Assembly (NCBI GenBank): GCA_964016885.1
Contig: OZ024743.1
Span: 100,688,001 to 100,752,000 of the forward strand
From: Eledone cirrhosa
Lineage: Eukaryota
Length of the DNA stretch: 64,000 nt
Direction: 5' to 3'
The notes below the pieces were generated by a model. It was not told where the DNA came from, ran no database searches, and was given only the letters and a program-made list of their open reading frames with translations. This document shows, piece by piece, positions 49,400 through 62,845 of this stretch. Numbering within the stretch: position 1 is the first letter of the stretch; the number at the start of each line of letters is the position of its first letter. Made by a program: the position numbers and the translations under genes.

Positions 49400-51040
49400 A
49401 CGCCCTCTACCAGACTCTTCCTGGTTAATGTTTGCTCCTCTTATTGCTTCGTATTCCCTTAAAATAGTCTCTATTAACCTAATATGTTTGGTACTCTACG
49501 GTGATGTCGACATTTGCTGACATAACCTCCCACATCCATGATGTCCTTCAACATCCCCAATTTGTGTAGTAGTGGATCGAGAGTCAATACAACAGAGACG
49601 AGAGGGGACAACCTTGGCGGACCGAGCGCATGATATTGAACGGTTCCGAAAGGTGACCGTTCCATCTGACCGCAGAGCAGATGTCAATATGCACGGCAGG
49701 GATCCATCCTCCGAAGAGGACCCGAAGCCGGCTACCGCCAGGTACCAGTGGTCTCCCATATCGAAAGCTATCGATTAATCTAAGTTGATCAAGGCTCCAC
49801 CCGTACTACGTTCCTTAGTCACCGTCTCTATAATGTATTGTAGAAGGTGAAGGATGTTGTGACCGGTGTGACGCATGTTTGCCTCTCCCTTACCTGACCA
49901 TCAACGATAAGCGCCAACCTCATCGCTAACACTTTGGGCCACAATGTTAAACGATGTTTTACATATCTATGGGCCTGAAATTATCTATAGGGTTTCCCAT
50001 GTTTGGGTTCTTACTTAGCAGCGCCGCTGCCCCTCGGCTCACAGAACTGAGAATTCTCCTATTCTGCTGCTAGTTGGCGTAGACGTCCGCTTAGATGTCA
50101 GCGAACACGCCTGGCATGTTTGCATAAAGTTCGTAGGACAGACCATTTATATCAGGCGATTTGACCTTCATCTCATATTTCATCAGTTATTATCGGCTTT
50201 TTGCAACACTCCGCAGCAGGCTCTCGAGATAGGAACTGAAATCCGACCTAGCACTGCTCCCCAAAAATCGCACACATTTACTTGGGATCGAGTAAACTGC
50301 GCCTATCGTGGTCCACAGAAGACCGCATTGTGGCTTTGTTGCGACCTCACGCCTCTGCCACTCGGGTGCATCGAGTAGGTTTCGTCCCCTCATGCCTAAG
50401 AGTATGCACCATAGCTATAACAGCCCAGCCTTTGAAGATCGACCTGGAAAGGCCTTTGTGCTTTGCGTTCAAGAATTGGTCGAGCGCCAATCTCGCTACG
50501 AGCACGTTGGCTGTGATGCCTTTCCTGAGGGTCTCCTCTAGCTTTCTAACTAGTTCCCTTAGTTTTCTCTATCGCTATTCGATAAACCTTATCGACTCTA
50601 CTCTAATCGCCCCTTTTCAGGTCGACCCACCATCTGTTGTTGACCATTGCCCTCGTCAACACCCGCTTAACTAATTCACTAATCTGGTTTTTGTAACCTT
50701 TGTGCATTGTGACAACTCGTTTAGCTTCCAGTAACCGGGAAATGTGGGCACCCTATGCTAGCCTTATTTACTTCACTACAGAATACCCTATCTAAATAGG
50801 ATGGCCCACCACACAAATAACATCGAGGCTTTTCGCCCACGACGAGGTCATGTAGGTCAACACCACACAAAAGGCGAATTAGGTCCAGGATGTTACCCCT
50901 CTCTAGTTTTATGTGTAGAAGTATCACGACACTGATCCCAGGCTGATTTACCCCCGGGTTCTTTTTACACAGAGGAGTTAAAAAGAACCAGGAGGGCTCT
51001 AGTACCTTGTTTTGTTAAATTCTAAATCAAGGTTTTTCTC
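49400..51040 (-). mobile_element. Heavily deleted Tx1/L1-clade LINE (ORF1 zinc knuckle and RT pieces)
   Basis: GEKPRCYLCGGPSYL knuckle-like motif (~50790-50850); YIIETV..GALINLD*SIAFD..DHWYL..AGFG RT remnant (~49720-49850). Confidence 0.7.
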
Positions 51041-51043
51041 TCG

Positions 51044-52523
51044 GTAGCTGCACTCAGCTCTTCTCCGTAGCTGCCAACACTCAGCTCTTCTCCGTAGCTG
51101 CCGACACTCAGCTCTTCTCCGTAGCTGCACTCAGCTCTTCTCCGTAGCTGCCAACACTCAGCTCTTCTCCGTAGCTGCCGACACTCAGCTCTTCTCCGTA
51201 GCTGCACTCAGCTCTTCTCCGTAGCTGCCAACACTCAGCTCTTCTCCGTAGCTGCCGACACTCGGTTCTTCTCCGTAGCTGCCGACACTCAGCTCTTCTC
51301 CGTAGCTGCCAACACTCAGCTCTTCTCCGTAGCTGCACTCAGCTCTTCTCCGTAGCTGCCGACACTCAGCTCTTCTCCGTAGCTGCCAACACTCAGCTCT
51401 TCTCCGTAGCTGCCAACACTCAGCTCTTCTCCGTAGCTGCCAACACTCAGCTCTTCTCCGTAGCTGCCGACACTCAGCTCTTCTCCGTAGCTGCCGACAC
51501 TCAGCTCTTCTCCGTAGCTGCCGACAATCACCTCTTCTCCGTAGCTGTCAACACTCAGCTCTTCTCCGTAGCTGCACTTAGCTCTTCTCCGTAGCTGCCA
51601 ACACTCAGCTCTTCTCCGTAGCTGCCAACACTCAGCTCTTCTCCGTAGCTGCCGACACTCAGCGCTTCTCCGTAGCTGCCGACACTCAGCTCTTCTCCGT
51701 AGCTGTCAACACTCAGCTCTTCTCCGTAGCTGCACTTAGCTCTTCTCCGTAGCTGCCAACACTCAGCTCTTCTCCGTAGCTGCACTTAGCTCTTCTCCGT
51801 AGCTGCCAACACTCAGCTCTTCTCCGTAGCTGCCAACACTCAGCTCTTCTCCGTAGCTGCCAACACTCAGCTCTTCTCCGTAGCTGCCGACACTCAGCTC
51901 TTCTCCGTAGCTGCCGACACTCAGCTCTTCTCCGTAGCTGTCAACACTCAGCTCTTCTCCGTAGCTGCACTTAGCTCTTCTCCGTAGCTGCCAACACTCA
52001 GCTCTTTTCCGTAGCTGCCGACACTCGGTTCTTCTCCGTAGCTGCCGACACTCGGTTCTTCTCCGTAGCTGCCGACACTCAGCTCTTCTCCGTAGCTGCC
52101 AACACTCAGCTCTTCTCCGTAGCTGCCAACACTCAGCTCTTCTCCGTAGCTGCCAACACTCAGCTCTTTTCCGTAGCTGCCGACACTCGGTTCTTCTCGG
52201 TAGCTGCCGACACTCAGCTCTTCTCCGTAGCTGCCAACACTCAGCTCTTCTCCGTAGCTGCCAACACTCAGCTCTTCTCCGTAGCTGCACTCAGCTCTTC
52301 TCCGTAGCTGCCAACACTCAGCTCTTCTCCGTAGCTGCCGACACTCAGCTTTTCTCCGTAGCTGCACTCAGCTTTTCTCCGTAGCTGCCAACACTCAGCT
52401 CTTCTCCGTAGCTGCCAACACTCAGCTCTTCTTCCTAGCTGCCAACACTCAGGCCTTCTCCGTAGCTGCCAACACTCAGCTCTTCTCCGTAGCTGCCGAC
52501 ACTCAGCTCTTCTCCGTAGCTGC
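51044..52523. repeat. 27-bp minisatellite GTAGCTGCC(A/G)ACACTCAGCTCTTCTCC with interspersed 23-bp variants, ~55 units
   Basis: Directly visible; homogeneous, with no unique spacers. Confidence 0.97.
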
Positions 52524-52715
52524 ATTCAGGTCTTGAGTTACTAATTTTATGACTTGAGCTAAACACATTTCTCTTATATTCATTGGACGCCGTAGTATTA
52601 TTTTTGACGTTGCTTCCCTTTGCTTTTTTAATAATCCGTTTTTCCAACAAAAGACAGCAGTATAATAGAAAATCAAACTTTCCAGTTGTTGTCTTCATGT
52701 TGCTTCTACAACAAC

Positions 52716-53372
52716 TACAACGGTACGCGATGGGGCACACCCACAGCCTCGGCGGACAGAATGGAGAAGGCGTTTCCCCGGAGGACGGCAAGGGAGACGC
52801 GCTGGAAAAGCCACTCCAACTCGCGGGGCTCACACTTGCGGCTGGCCAGCTCAGCGCCTATGGTGGTGAGTAAGGAGGTAGCCCTGGGGCTGAGGACACC
52901 AGAAGTCTCCACTGAGAGCGATCGGTATTCGAGGAGTTTGGCCCCCTCAGCCCGACGTGACACAGAACCTGGGTCAGTCGCAGACTGCACCAGGTTGCTG
53001 CTGCAGAAAGTGTCGGTGCAAGTGGCATGCCAAACGAGGGATTTGCCACCGCGGAACGGGAAGATAGTCACGCCATCTGGCCTTTTGCTCGAGCTGGGAA
53101 GGGAAGCCTGCAGCGTCCAAGCCATGCTTAATGACCTCGTTGAGGGCAGCATGGCGTGGAATGCGGCCGGCACTGTGGCGACAGGAAAGCGGGTGGAGGC
53201 CGAAAGAGTCCACGGTGGAACCGCAGCGACATTGGTGTGGCTGGCAGTTCCGGAGGCCGAGCCTCAGGGAAACGCCGAACGCAGGCTATGGTTGTCTAGC
53301 TGCGTGCCAGTGGAGAAGGAGGGCAGGGCATGGAGCCAGGCACCACTGTGGGGTTTGGAGGCCGCACGAAAA
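52716..53372 (-). mobile_element. CRE-like non-LTR retrotransposon 3' part (CCHC finger and restriction-like endonuclease)
   Basis: DSFGLHPLSCRHSAGRIPRHAALNEVIK; KRPDGVTIFPFRGGKSLVWHATCTDT; VETSGVL; WLFQRVSLAVLRGNAFSIL; frameshifted. Confidence 0.88.
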
Positions 53373-53427
53373 CAAGCAAAGCGGTGTTGTTACTGTTCTT
53401 ATTGTTATTGTTATTTTCCATTGTTTT

Positions 53428-53770
53428 AGTGGTGGTGGTGTTGGTGGCGGTGTTGGTGGCGGTGGTGTTGGTGGCGGTGGTGCTAGTGGTGGTGGTGTTG
53501 GTGGTGGCGGTGTTGGTGGCGGTTGTGGTGGTGTTGGTTGTGTTGGTGGCGGTTGTGGTAGTGTTGGTGGTGGTGTTGGTGTTGGTGGTGGTGTTGGTGT
53601 TGGTGTTGGTGTTGGTGGTGGTGTTGGTGGTGGTGTTGGTGGTGGCCGGTGTTGGTGGCGGCGGTGTTGGTGGTGGTGGTGTTGGTGTTGGTGGCGGTGG
53701 TGTTAATGGTGGTGGTGTTGTTGGTGGCGGTGACGGTGGTGGTGGTGTTGGTGTAAGTGGCGGTGGTGTT
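53428..53770. repeat. (GGT/GTT/GGC)n compound microsatellite
   Basis: Directly visible. Confidence 0.93.
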
Positions 53771-55954
53771 ATCGTTGAACTTGGCCTCTGGTTTATTATT
53801 TTTTATGTATTGGTGGGGGTGATAGTAGTAGCGAGATTGCTGCATTCTTTCAGAAGTGAAAGGTTGATTTGGTACATTTCCTTTGCTTCCCACTCCTTGA
53901 TGTATTTTACAGCTGTTTGGCTCTTACATTCTACGGAAGGCCCGCAGTTCCCCTCAGTGATTGGGTCTGATTGATTTGTTATGTTTTTTTAAAACATTTT
54001 TGTTATAAATATTTTTTTAAAGTTTTAATTTAGCCTTTAAAGGCTACAGATAGACTGAAGTCGACCAACCGAAGCCAGTTGAGCGATTGAACTACAAAAC
54101 AGCACAAAATTTAAAACAAATTGTGTTTTTAAACAAGGTGAAAAAAAGTCCTAGCTTTTATTTTAATACAAGATTGCAAGGTTTATTACAAATATTTTAA
54201 AATTCAGAGCGCGTGAGAGCCATTCAATTGTTGGTTAAAAAGCCACATACGGTCCCTGAACCATGTTTCCGACCCATGCTTTAACCGAACCGTTTACGCT
54301 TTTCAGGAAAAAAAAAGTGTGAAAGAGATAGAGATAGTCTAATGTTACACAGTGTAAATGGAATCTAGTAGAATTTGTAAAGCCATTCTATGTTTTTTTC
54401 TCTCAAAATTCCATTTGGTAATGACTACTAAAAGTGGGAAAGACTAATGAGAGCGGCAGAGTGGGAGAAGTAATTATTACTTGATCGATATTTCTATGGA
54501 ATAATACCATATGATCAATGTATTTATTGATGATGTTCATCATTTGAGTTATGTAATAGACACAATAAAGGTTAACCATGGGTTTTCATCATACGGAAGT
54601 TATCTAGATAAGTGACATTTTTTTTTTCAATGAAATGGTTCATCCCACAGATTTTTTTTCTCAATGGTATGAAAACTTTTTCAAAATATTACGTGATTAT
54701 GAAGCCAACAACAGAATAGTTAGTATTAATGGTTGTTCAACACAGCTAAATGTTGTCGTCTGGAGTGTATATATTCTAAGAGAATCGATCTAATGAAGGA
54801 AATAATGAAATGAAAACAATTTTAATAATAATGATAATAATAACAATGATGATGATGATGATGATAAAAATGATAAGAATGGTTATGATGGTGATGTTGA
54901 TGATAATGATAATAATTGCTTTCATTCAAAAGAGAGAATTTCTTTCAACTTGTGCGTGAATAGCAAGTTGACACGTCAAAGCCATAGAGTTACTACCATA
55001 ACAGCTACCACCAGCGCCGACTGGCGGCTTTCGATAGAGGCTCCCAGGCAGCCACCATAAATCGGTGCCTTTTATCTTTGTTTGATGTCTGTTGAAAGGA
55101 TAGGGCCAACGTCGATTAAAACAAACAAGATAATCTTCAGTACAAGCAGACCTATTCATAATGTATTCTACAGAAGTTGATCAAAAGAACAGCTTCACAT
55201 ATCGGAATTAATTCGCTCTATTATTTTGGTGCTATCTTTGAATTTTCGGTTGGGTTAGGGAGAAAATATTTTCTCTAAACAACACTTTGATTATAAAATG
55301 TAAGCAGTTGTTTTTCATCTACTATATTTTTCATTTTTTTTTTCTCTATTTAATTCTATGTTTCTCATACAATTTTCCCTGTGTGTGCTCGCATATGAAT
55401 CTAAAAAGCTAATATGTACGTTTTTGCCATACCAACCACTCACAAATACATCTATTACCTTTCATATGCATACAAATTTACAAGTATGACTATATTCTCC
55501 TGTCAGATAAAATATTCGTCAATAAAAATAAAATTAATAAAGAAAATTGATTAATAACTGTAGCACTAACAAAACAAAACTATACAAAGCAAACAACGAA
55601 TAGAAGGAAAAAGGAAAACCAGCGATTTAATTCCAGCTTTTAATCGGCAGATCAGAAGATAGATTAAAACTAGTAGGGGTACATGATTAAAGCTAAGCGT
55701 ATCAGGATGGTTCAAAGTAACTGTTAGAACTACTGAAATAAAAATAAAAAGTCGATTGCGTGTAAAGGAAACAAGTTACTAGTTATAACCTCTTGTTAGT
55801 TTTATAATACAATCAGTTTTGTATTATTTTCGAGTGGTAAACGCCAACGTAAATTTCTAGAGACCTGAATCTGCAAACAGTTTCGATTTTCAGCCGGAGC
55901 CCTTTCACAAGACTCGTGACGAAAATACTCACGGAGGTATTTTATCCCCATGCA

Positions 55955-56018
<64 letters not shown>

Positions 56019-56563
56019 AAAATGTGAGCGTCCCAATGCATAAAATGAGTAATAACAGTCGATCACTATAAATAATAGTTGAGAAATTAGGAAAATTACA
56101 CCTGGTGACGGAAAAACAGACAGAAGAACCCTCACCCCACCCATTCATATACATATATAATCTTACACTCGAAACATTTATAATGCTTCCTTTGCTTCAA
56201 GGCTAGGCTCAGATTACAAGTGCAGTCTGTAAAAACCTTATCTTCTTCAAGCGTCTAAATTCTAAACGAGACACAAACTTGTAGAAAAACGGATAGTAAG
56301 ACGAACGAATATATCCTACAGTTGAGAATGAAAACACGCTTGGGAGAAAATTATAAGCTCATTGTTTACTTAATAATTATGACTAAACTTTCTACAAGCT
56401 GTTCTAACCAATCCCACAGTCAGACCATTGTAAGCTCAACAAGGTAGTGACTGATGAGCTGACAAGTTAAAAGGGAGAGCCTAGTTGTACAACATTTGGT
56501 AAATAAAGCGGTACTGTCTGAAGTCAAAAACAGACAAAAAAAAAAAAAGACCCCGAGAAAATC

Positions 56564-56700
56564 TACCAGCATAGGCGCTAAGCTGGCCAGCCGCAGGTGT
56601 GAGCCTCGCAAGCTGGAATGGCTTTTCCAGCGCGTTTCCCTTGTCGTCTTCCGGGGAAACACCTTCTCCATTCTGTCCGCTGGGGCTGTGGGGAGGCCAC
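56564..56700 (+). mobile_element. Short 3' copy of the same CRE-like family
   Basis: IGAKLASRRCEPRKLEWLFQRVSLVVFRGNTFSILSAGAVG, reverse-complement match to 52740-52865. Confidence 0.88.
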
Positions 56701-57227
56701 CAATATGATTGACTGACTTGTCATTTTATCAGTCACATGTTCTAATGATTCTATATGATGGCATTCCTTTGTTCTGGACAGTAAATATAACTCGATTCTA
56801 TTCCCAACCCATAATTGTAGGAGTTACTGCACTTGGCAACAGTACCTGATGTCTTGCTGCCATTGAAAAGACTCACAAAGACCTGGTCAACAATCTTCAA
56901 CTTGTAACTGACAGCAGAATCTTCGATTTTAGAAATATTTCAAGAAGTCTATAGAGATAGACTTGTCAGTGATTTTGTTTATTTTTCGACTAAATCCCTG
57001 TAATTCTTCTTTTTACAGAAACCTCTTGTTTAAGTATATATGACTCCAATGTAACTCAACATTTAATTGTAGATGATAAAGATCTATAGTAGAAATATTG
57101 ATCTGTAGGTCGTCTACAATACTGAGAAACAATCGGATTTAATGTATTCACACACACACACACACTTTATTACTTTAATTTCACAAATTGTTGTTGCTTC
57201 TTTATACCAATATATATATGCCGGCGA

Positions 57228-57338
57228 GTTCAAATCCCGCCGAGGTTGACTTTGCCTTTCATCCTTAGGGGGTCGATAAAATAAAGTACCAGTAATGCAC
57301 TCGGTAATTGCTGGCCTTGTGCCTAAAGTAGAAACAAT
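57228..57338 (+). mobile_element. 5'-truncated family-A SINE with 17-bp TSD
   Basis: TATATATATGCCGGCGA at 57211-57227 and 57339-57355. Confidence 0.92.
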
Positions 57339-57473
57339 TATATATATGCCGGCGACTATCCGTTCTCTCGACCGAGATCTCCCAAGCGTCAAACTAATAT
57401 ATTTCTTCCATGTACTGTGCTGTTTGTTTTGTTGTTTACCCTTTACACACACACGCACTCACACATGTATATA

Positions 57474-57790
57474 CAGTGGAACCTCGGTTCACGAACAATT
57501 TTTCTGAACACAGAACGTCTCGGTTGACGAACGGTGTCTTGAGTGACGAACACGCAAGCAGTTGGCTACATGCTAGGAGTATCAGCGGAAAAGCGTCACT
57601 TGTGTAGTTAGTTACGGTGGTGATATCTATCTGTCGTCTACACAATCTCTCTCTCTCTCTCTCCCTCTCTCTCTCACTGTATTTCTCTCTCAACATTTAG
57701 TATGGGAAAAATAGTTTTGGTATACGAACATTTTGGTTGACGAAGGCCTTCATGAACGAATTAAGTTCGTGAGCCGAGGTTCCTCAACTG
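57474..57790. mobile_element. Tigger/pogo-type MITE
   Basis: TA|CAGTGGAACCTCGGTTCACGAAC ... GTTCGTGAGCCGAGGTTCCTCAACTG|TA. Confidence 0.88.
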
Positions 57791-57813
57791 TATGTATATA
57801 TATGCATATATGC

Positions 57814-57846
<33 letters not shown>

Positions 57847-57895
57847 TGCATATATATATATGTATATATATGTATATATATATGTATATATATGC

Positions 57896-57926
<31 letters not shown>

Positions 57927-58270
57927 TCGTTTCTGAATTTGTTTAGCAAGATTCTTTATCTGAAAACGTGTGCTGAAACCGATATTGTTATGCTTTGGGA
58001 GGGTCATGTTGCCAATAAGAAACACACGCACCAGTTGCTTTCACTTCAATTTATAATACATTTAATTTATAAATTTAGGAATTTATAAATTTCCGGCTGG
58101 TTGGTTGGTTTCACAACCAGACGATTGTTCATATATTGTCAAAGTTCTTTCGTCACACATTATGTGACCTCTTCAGTGACTAGGGATTATTTTCTTTGTT
58201 TTTGTGCCTCTCCTTTGTTCTGTCCTACGCCATCTTGTTTTTGTGTGTGTTGTGTGCACACAACACATAG

Positions 58271-58272
<2 letters not shown>
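57927..58272 (-). mobile_element. Family H short element (hammerhead-carrying, probably Penelope pLTR-derived) between (TA)n runs
   Basis: Homologous to the 21060 and 59735 copies; TA arrays on both sides. Confidence 0.8.
58138..58180 (-). ncRNA. Minimal type I hammerhead ribozyme motif
   Basis: Minus strand: GUCA-CUGAAGA-G-GUCACA-UAAUG-UGUGAC-GAAA-GAACUU-UGAC (stem I GUCA/UGAC, 6-bp stem II). Confidence 0.78.
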
Positions 58273-58344
<72 letters not shown>

Positions 58345-58517
58345 AAATTTTCGCTCTACATGGCTGAATACAATAAATGTAATCTGTTCACATGCCAACA
58401 CAAGAGCAAGAATGAAGGGTTCATCCTACTGACATAGCTATAAAAATTGAGGCTTGTTTGCATAATTGCAAACGAATCGAATGTTATTATTAATATTCGA
58501 AAAACTCAGATTACATT

Positions 58518-58595
<78 letters not shown>

Positions 58596-59734
58596 ATGAA
58601 ACAATATTCGATGTGCCTGTGTTGATGTGGAATAAGCTCAATGTGAAAGAAAAGGCAAACACATCAAATATAATAACTCTTCTTTTATTATGTAAACAAA
58701 TATCACTTCAATTAATTGATTTCTGCGAGAGTAAATAATCGATAAAAAGAAGAGGTAGCGAAAGAGAGAACTAAGGAACTCAGAAACCTGCTACATCACT
58801 TCCTTTGCAGAGAGAAAAACGAGACCGACAAACGATAAAAGTGATAGGGAATTTTATTTAAAGTACTGGACATAGAGAGATGACCAGAGCACTCATCGAC
58901 CGGAACTGGTTCTTGTTCCTGGAGTAGAATTAGAAATACTCGTGGACGGAAGAACTGATGCTGTGTTAACCTGGTCTAACGGTAACTTCCAATTCTACGT
59001 ATTTTTCAAGCGATCGACACTGACAGAAGCTTTCTTTCCGTTTAAATCTAAGATGAAAAATTTGGGTGTTCTGTTGAGAATTGTGTAGGGTCTTAAGTAT
59101 AGTGGTTCCTGTGAAACCTGTGTAGGGTCTTAAGTATAGTGGTTCTTGTGAAATTTATATAATATCTCGGATGAAACCTGGGAAACACTTGGGAAGCGAT
59201 GAGCAACGGCAAGTTTAACATAGATTCGCAGCCAATGGATACAATTTGTTGAATCTGGGTGTCATGAGAAGCAGAGGCATCGGAAGGTGTTTCTTTTTTC
59301 ACTCTCTGACAAGGCTTATTTGACTTTAATACAACGTGTTCCTAGTCCAAGTGGCACCCCCTTCATGTGGCGCCTATGGCACGTGCCATGCTTGCTATAC
59401 CCTAGTTACGCATTTGGTGGTCTTCAACATTTTATCACGATGTGAACCAAAAATGTTACCTAGAGACTTTTACAAAGAACCCCTAAACTTGATATTACAC
59501 GATACAAACCCCCAATATGTTGGAAAGGAAAAATGAACACTGGCGAGAAGTCCACTATAGGAATAACTCATCAATACTCCACCAATATGTCAACATGGAG
59601 GCCCACTAGAGAACAGAGAAATAAAGATCATATCTAGAGAAAAGATGCAATGCTCCAACAGATTACATAAGCAACAAACATAAGCGAACTCCAACCAAAA
59701 TTAAACAGCAACAGCATCACACCTAGTGACTAAG

Positions 59735-60011
59735 GACAAGATAAAGACACACAGACACACACCGATATACCGCAACCCAAGTACACAGCACACAAAAACA
59801 AGATGGAGTAGGACAGAACAAAGGAGAGACACAAAATAACAAATTAGTTACTGAGGAGGTCACAGAATGTGTGTGAAGAAAGAGCTTTGGCAATAAACAA
59901 ATAAACAACCATCCGGTTATTAAACTAACCAACTGGAAATTTATAATTAATTGAAGTGAAAACTAACAGGCGCGTGTGTTTTTTATTGGCAACACGACCC
60001 TCCCAAAGTAT

Positions 60012-60016
<5 letters not shown>
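59735..60016 (+). mobile_element. Family H copy with a hammerhead motif at 59847-59891
   Basis: GUUA-CUGAGGA-GGUCACA..UGUGAA-GAAA-GAGCUU-UGGC followed by AATAAA; ends in (TA)n. Confidence 0.75.
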
Positions 60017-60078
<62 letters not shown>

Positions 60079-60093
60079 TATACACTATATATA

Positions 60094-60455
60094 TCTTTAT
60101 CTTTATATATATAAAAGCGAGGATGTGTGTGTGTCTGTGTACAACTTTGGATACCTAATGCTTTTACAATTACCAACCGAATTTGACCAAATTTTCTGTG
60201 CACGTTGCACAGGTCGCTAAGATGGTCACATCACAAACATTTTTCCAATCGACCCACGTTGAGCAATAAAAAATCGATATCAAAATTATCGGTAGCAAAA
60301 TTGATGTAAGGGAGATAGCCAACTTTATTGACAATCCTTATAAAGAGACTGCTTATTTTGACAGGTTGGAGACAAATAATGTTCTTCTTTTACTTCCTAG
60401 CTGTATATTCTTAGCATAATTTCAAACCCCGAGCAACGACGAGTAAATCTGCTAG
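60094..60455 (+). mobile_element. Non-autonomous Helitron
   Basis: 5' A|TCTTTAT..ATAAAAG; 3' subterminal imperfect hairpin CCCGAGCAACGACGAG, then CTAG|T. Confidence 0.78.
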
Positions 60456-60459
60456 TATA

Positions 60460-60554
<95 letters not shown>

Positions 60555-61920
60555 CAGTATATATATATATATGCACATTTGTTTTCTTTATAAATTCCAA
60601 TTCATAAAAGAATATATTAGATTAGAAGCTTCAGAATGCCATGAAGAACTGTCAAGCTATACTGACAAACCCTGTAGGAACCTACATTTTTTTACGACAC
60701 AAAATATTTAGTTTAGAGATCACTGGTCTAGATATTTCAAATCAATCCTACAAGAAAGCTAAAAATAGCAGCCAAATCTCCCTCAAACCGTACCATATTC
60801 TCTGGAAAAATCAAACAAACAAACAAGAAAGGACAATGCCTGGAAGTAATACGGGAGTGTCAGGGTTTGAAATACATTGACCATAAGCCTGCTTGACCAG
60901 AGCTGAGCCACAATAGAAGTAAACTTCATCTCAATACTTATATAGTGAGAATGTTAGAAGTTTTCAAAAGCCTTAGTACGTATAAAAGAGCTGAAGAACT
61001 CCGGACAAAAGGGTTACTAAGGATAAAATAGACACTGGACAAAACATTATATTCATGTGTGTCAAGTTTCGCCACACATTTATCCACCCTTCCCCACTCT
61101 CATTTTCTTTGAAATTGATAAAAACTAAAAAAATCTACAGCTCACACCTACGTAGGTTCAGCTGGCTTTCTACGAGGTTGTATCCTATAGAAGGTTTTTA
61201 AAGTGTTTAATGAGAGGGCCCTCAGTCCTATCATAGAAACCTACGTGAAATGAAACGCCTTGCTCAAGAACACAGGAATCGAACCGACGACCTTATGAAA
61301 GTGAGTCTAACACGCTAACAACTAGATCAAGCTAGGGTAATAAAAGTTTCCAAAAGCCTTTTAAGCTGGAAAAAATCTATATGAAGAGCTGAGGAGCCTT
61401 AGAAAAAATTGGTATTCATTTGCCCCTTAGTTTTTCATACCTTCTCTCTCTCTCCTTTCTAACATCATTCCCCTTTGAAAGGTTCCCACCAGGCAGGTGG
61501 GCTGCTAATAACAAAAAACATATCCAATCAAAGTGTGAGAATACATAAAACGAGCAATTTCGGTTTTAAAAAATTACAAAATCTGAAAGGAAAGTGAAAA
61601 AAGCAACAACAAAGTCTGCCATTATTCATTATGTGCAGGATATGTGCACAATATACTGGCAGTGTGCAGTTATCACAGTAGAATGCACTTGTTACTTTCT
61701 GCTTCGTATTATGCAGAACACAATGAATGCTAACAGCAACAAGAACAACAACAACAATAATCTATGAATATATGAACTAGCATTGTTCACTTCATGTATA
61801 TAAAACACTCTCACACAGACACACACATAAACACATACACTCTCACACTCTCTCTCACACACACATTATATGTAGAAGAGTAGAAACGTAGAAACACCGC
61901 CCACAGTCGAGTTTCTGTTG

Positions 61921-61984
<64 letters not shown>

Positions 61985-62034
61985 TGCGTAATGTATTGTA
62001 TAAACACACACATACATATAGATATATATGTATA

Positions 62035-62085
<51 letters not shown>

Positions 62086-62348
62086 TATAGATATATATAC
62101 ATATACATATATATGTATGTATATATATATTATATATATATATATATAAACGAATATAAATTATCGAGAATCGCATTTCGGCCCACGAAATAACGAAAAA
62201 CAACCTCTGAGATGTGTGGCAAGTGCTCAATGATTCAGATGAACCAGAGCTATAACAAACGTTAAGGGCCAAACACACTGAGACGATGGTTAAACAATCA
62301 TCCGCACAACCCCCTAAAAAACGATCAAGTAATTCGAGTCAAACAAAT

Positions 62349-62415
<67 letters not shown>

Positions 62416-62417
62416 GC

Positions 62418-62470
<53 letters not shown>

Positions 62471-62694
62471 CACACATTACATCAATGTATGTAAAAGGAA
62501 AACTATATTTTTGACAGGTGACTGAAACGAACTTGCCCCGACATATTTGATTTCGTCATTTAATCTAACACAGCAATGTATTAATGTTGTAACTCCTCAT
62601 GTTATTGTAGGAGGCACTGTCATGACACTCGGCATGAGTTAGGCATAATAAACCAGTTCTTAATACAACCGATTCTTTCCAGAGGAGACTGAGA

Positions 62695-62845
62695 AAGAGA
62701 TATAGAAGAATCACCCAATACACGACTGGTGTTTTTTTTATCGACCGCACAAGGATGAAAGGCAAGGTTGAGTGCAGAGAGCCGGACTAAATACTGCAAA
62801 GCATTATAACCGGTGTTCTAACGACTCCACCAACTCGCCGCCTCA
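62695..62845 (-). mobile_element. Family-A-related SINE, internally deleted
   Basis: ACTGGT..TTTATCGACCGCACAAGGATGAAAGGCAAGGTTGA..CCACCAACTCGCCGCC. Confidence 0.75.

Noticed and set aside
51044-52523. CRISPR-like array
   Set aside because: Units are directly adjacent with no unique spacers; no cas genes; eukaryotic context.
55250-55260. TTGGGTTAGGG telomere-like motif
   Set aside because: Single unit, expected by chance.
61620-61740. Cys/His peptide HCVL..YCDNCTLPVYCAH on the minus strand (piggyBac C-terminal or TNFR CRD-like)
   Set aside because: Too short, spacing fits neither domain well, and no splice sites or adjoining transposase were seen.
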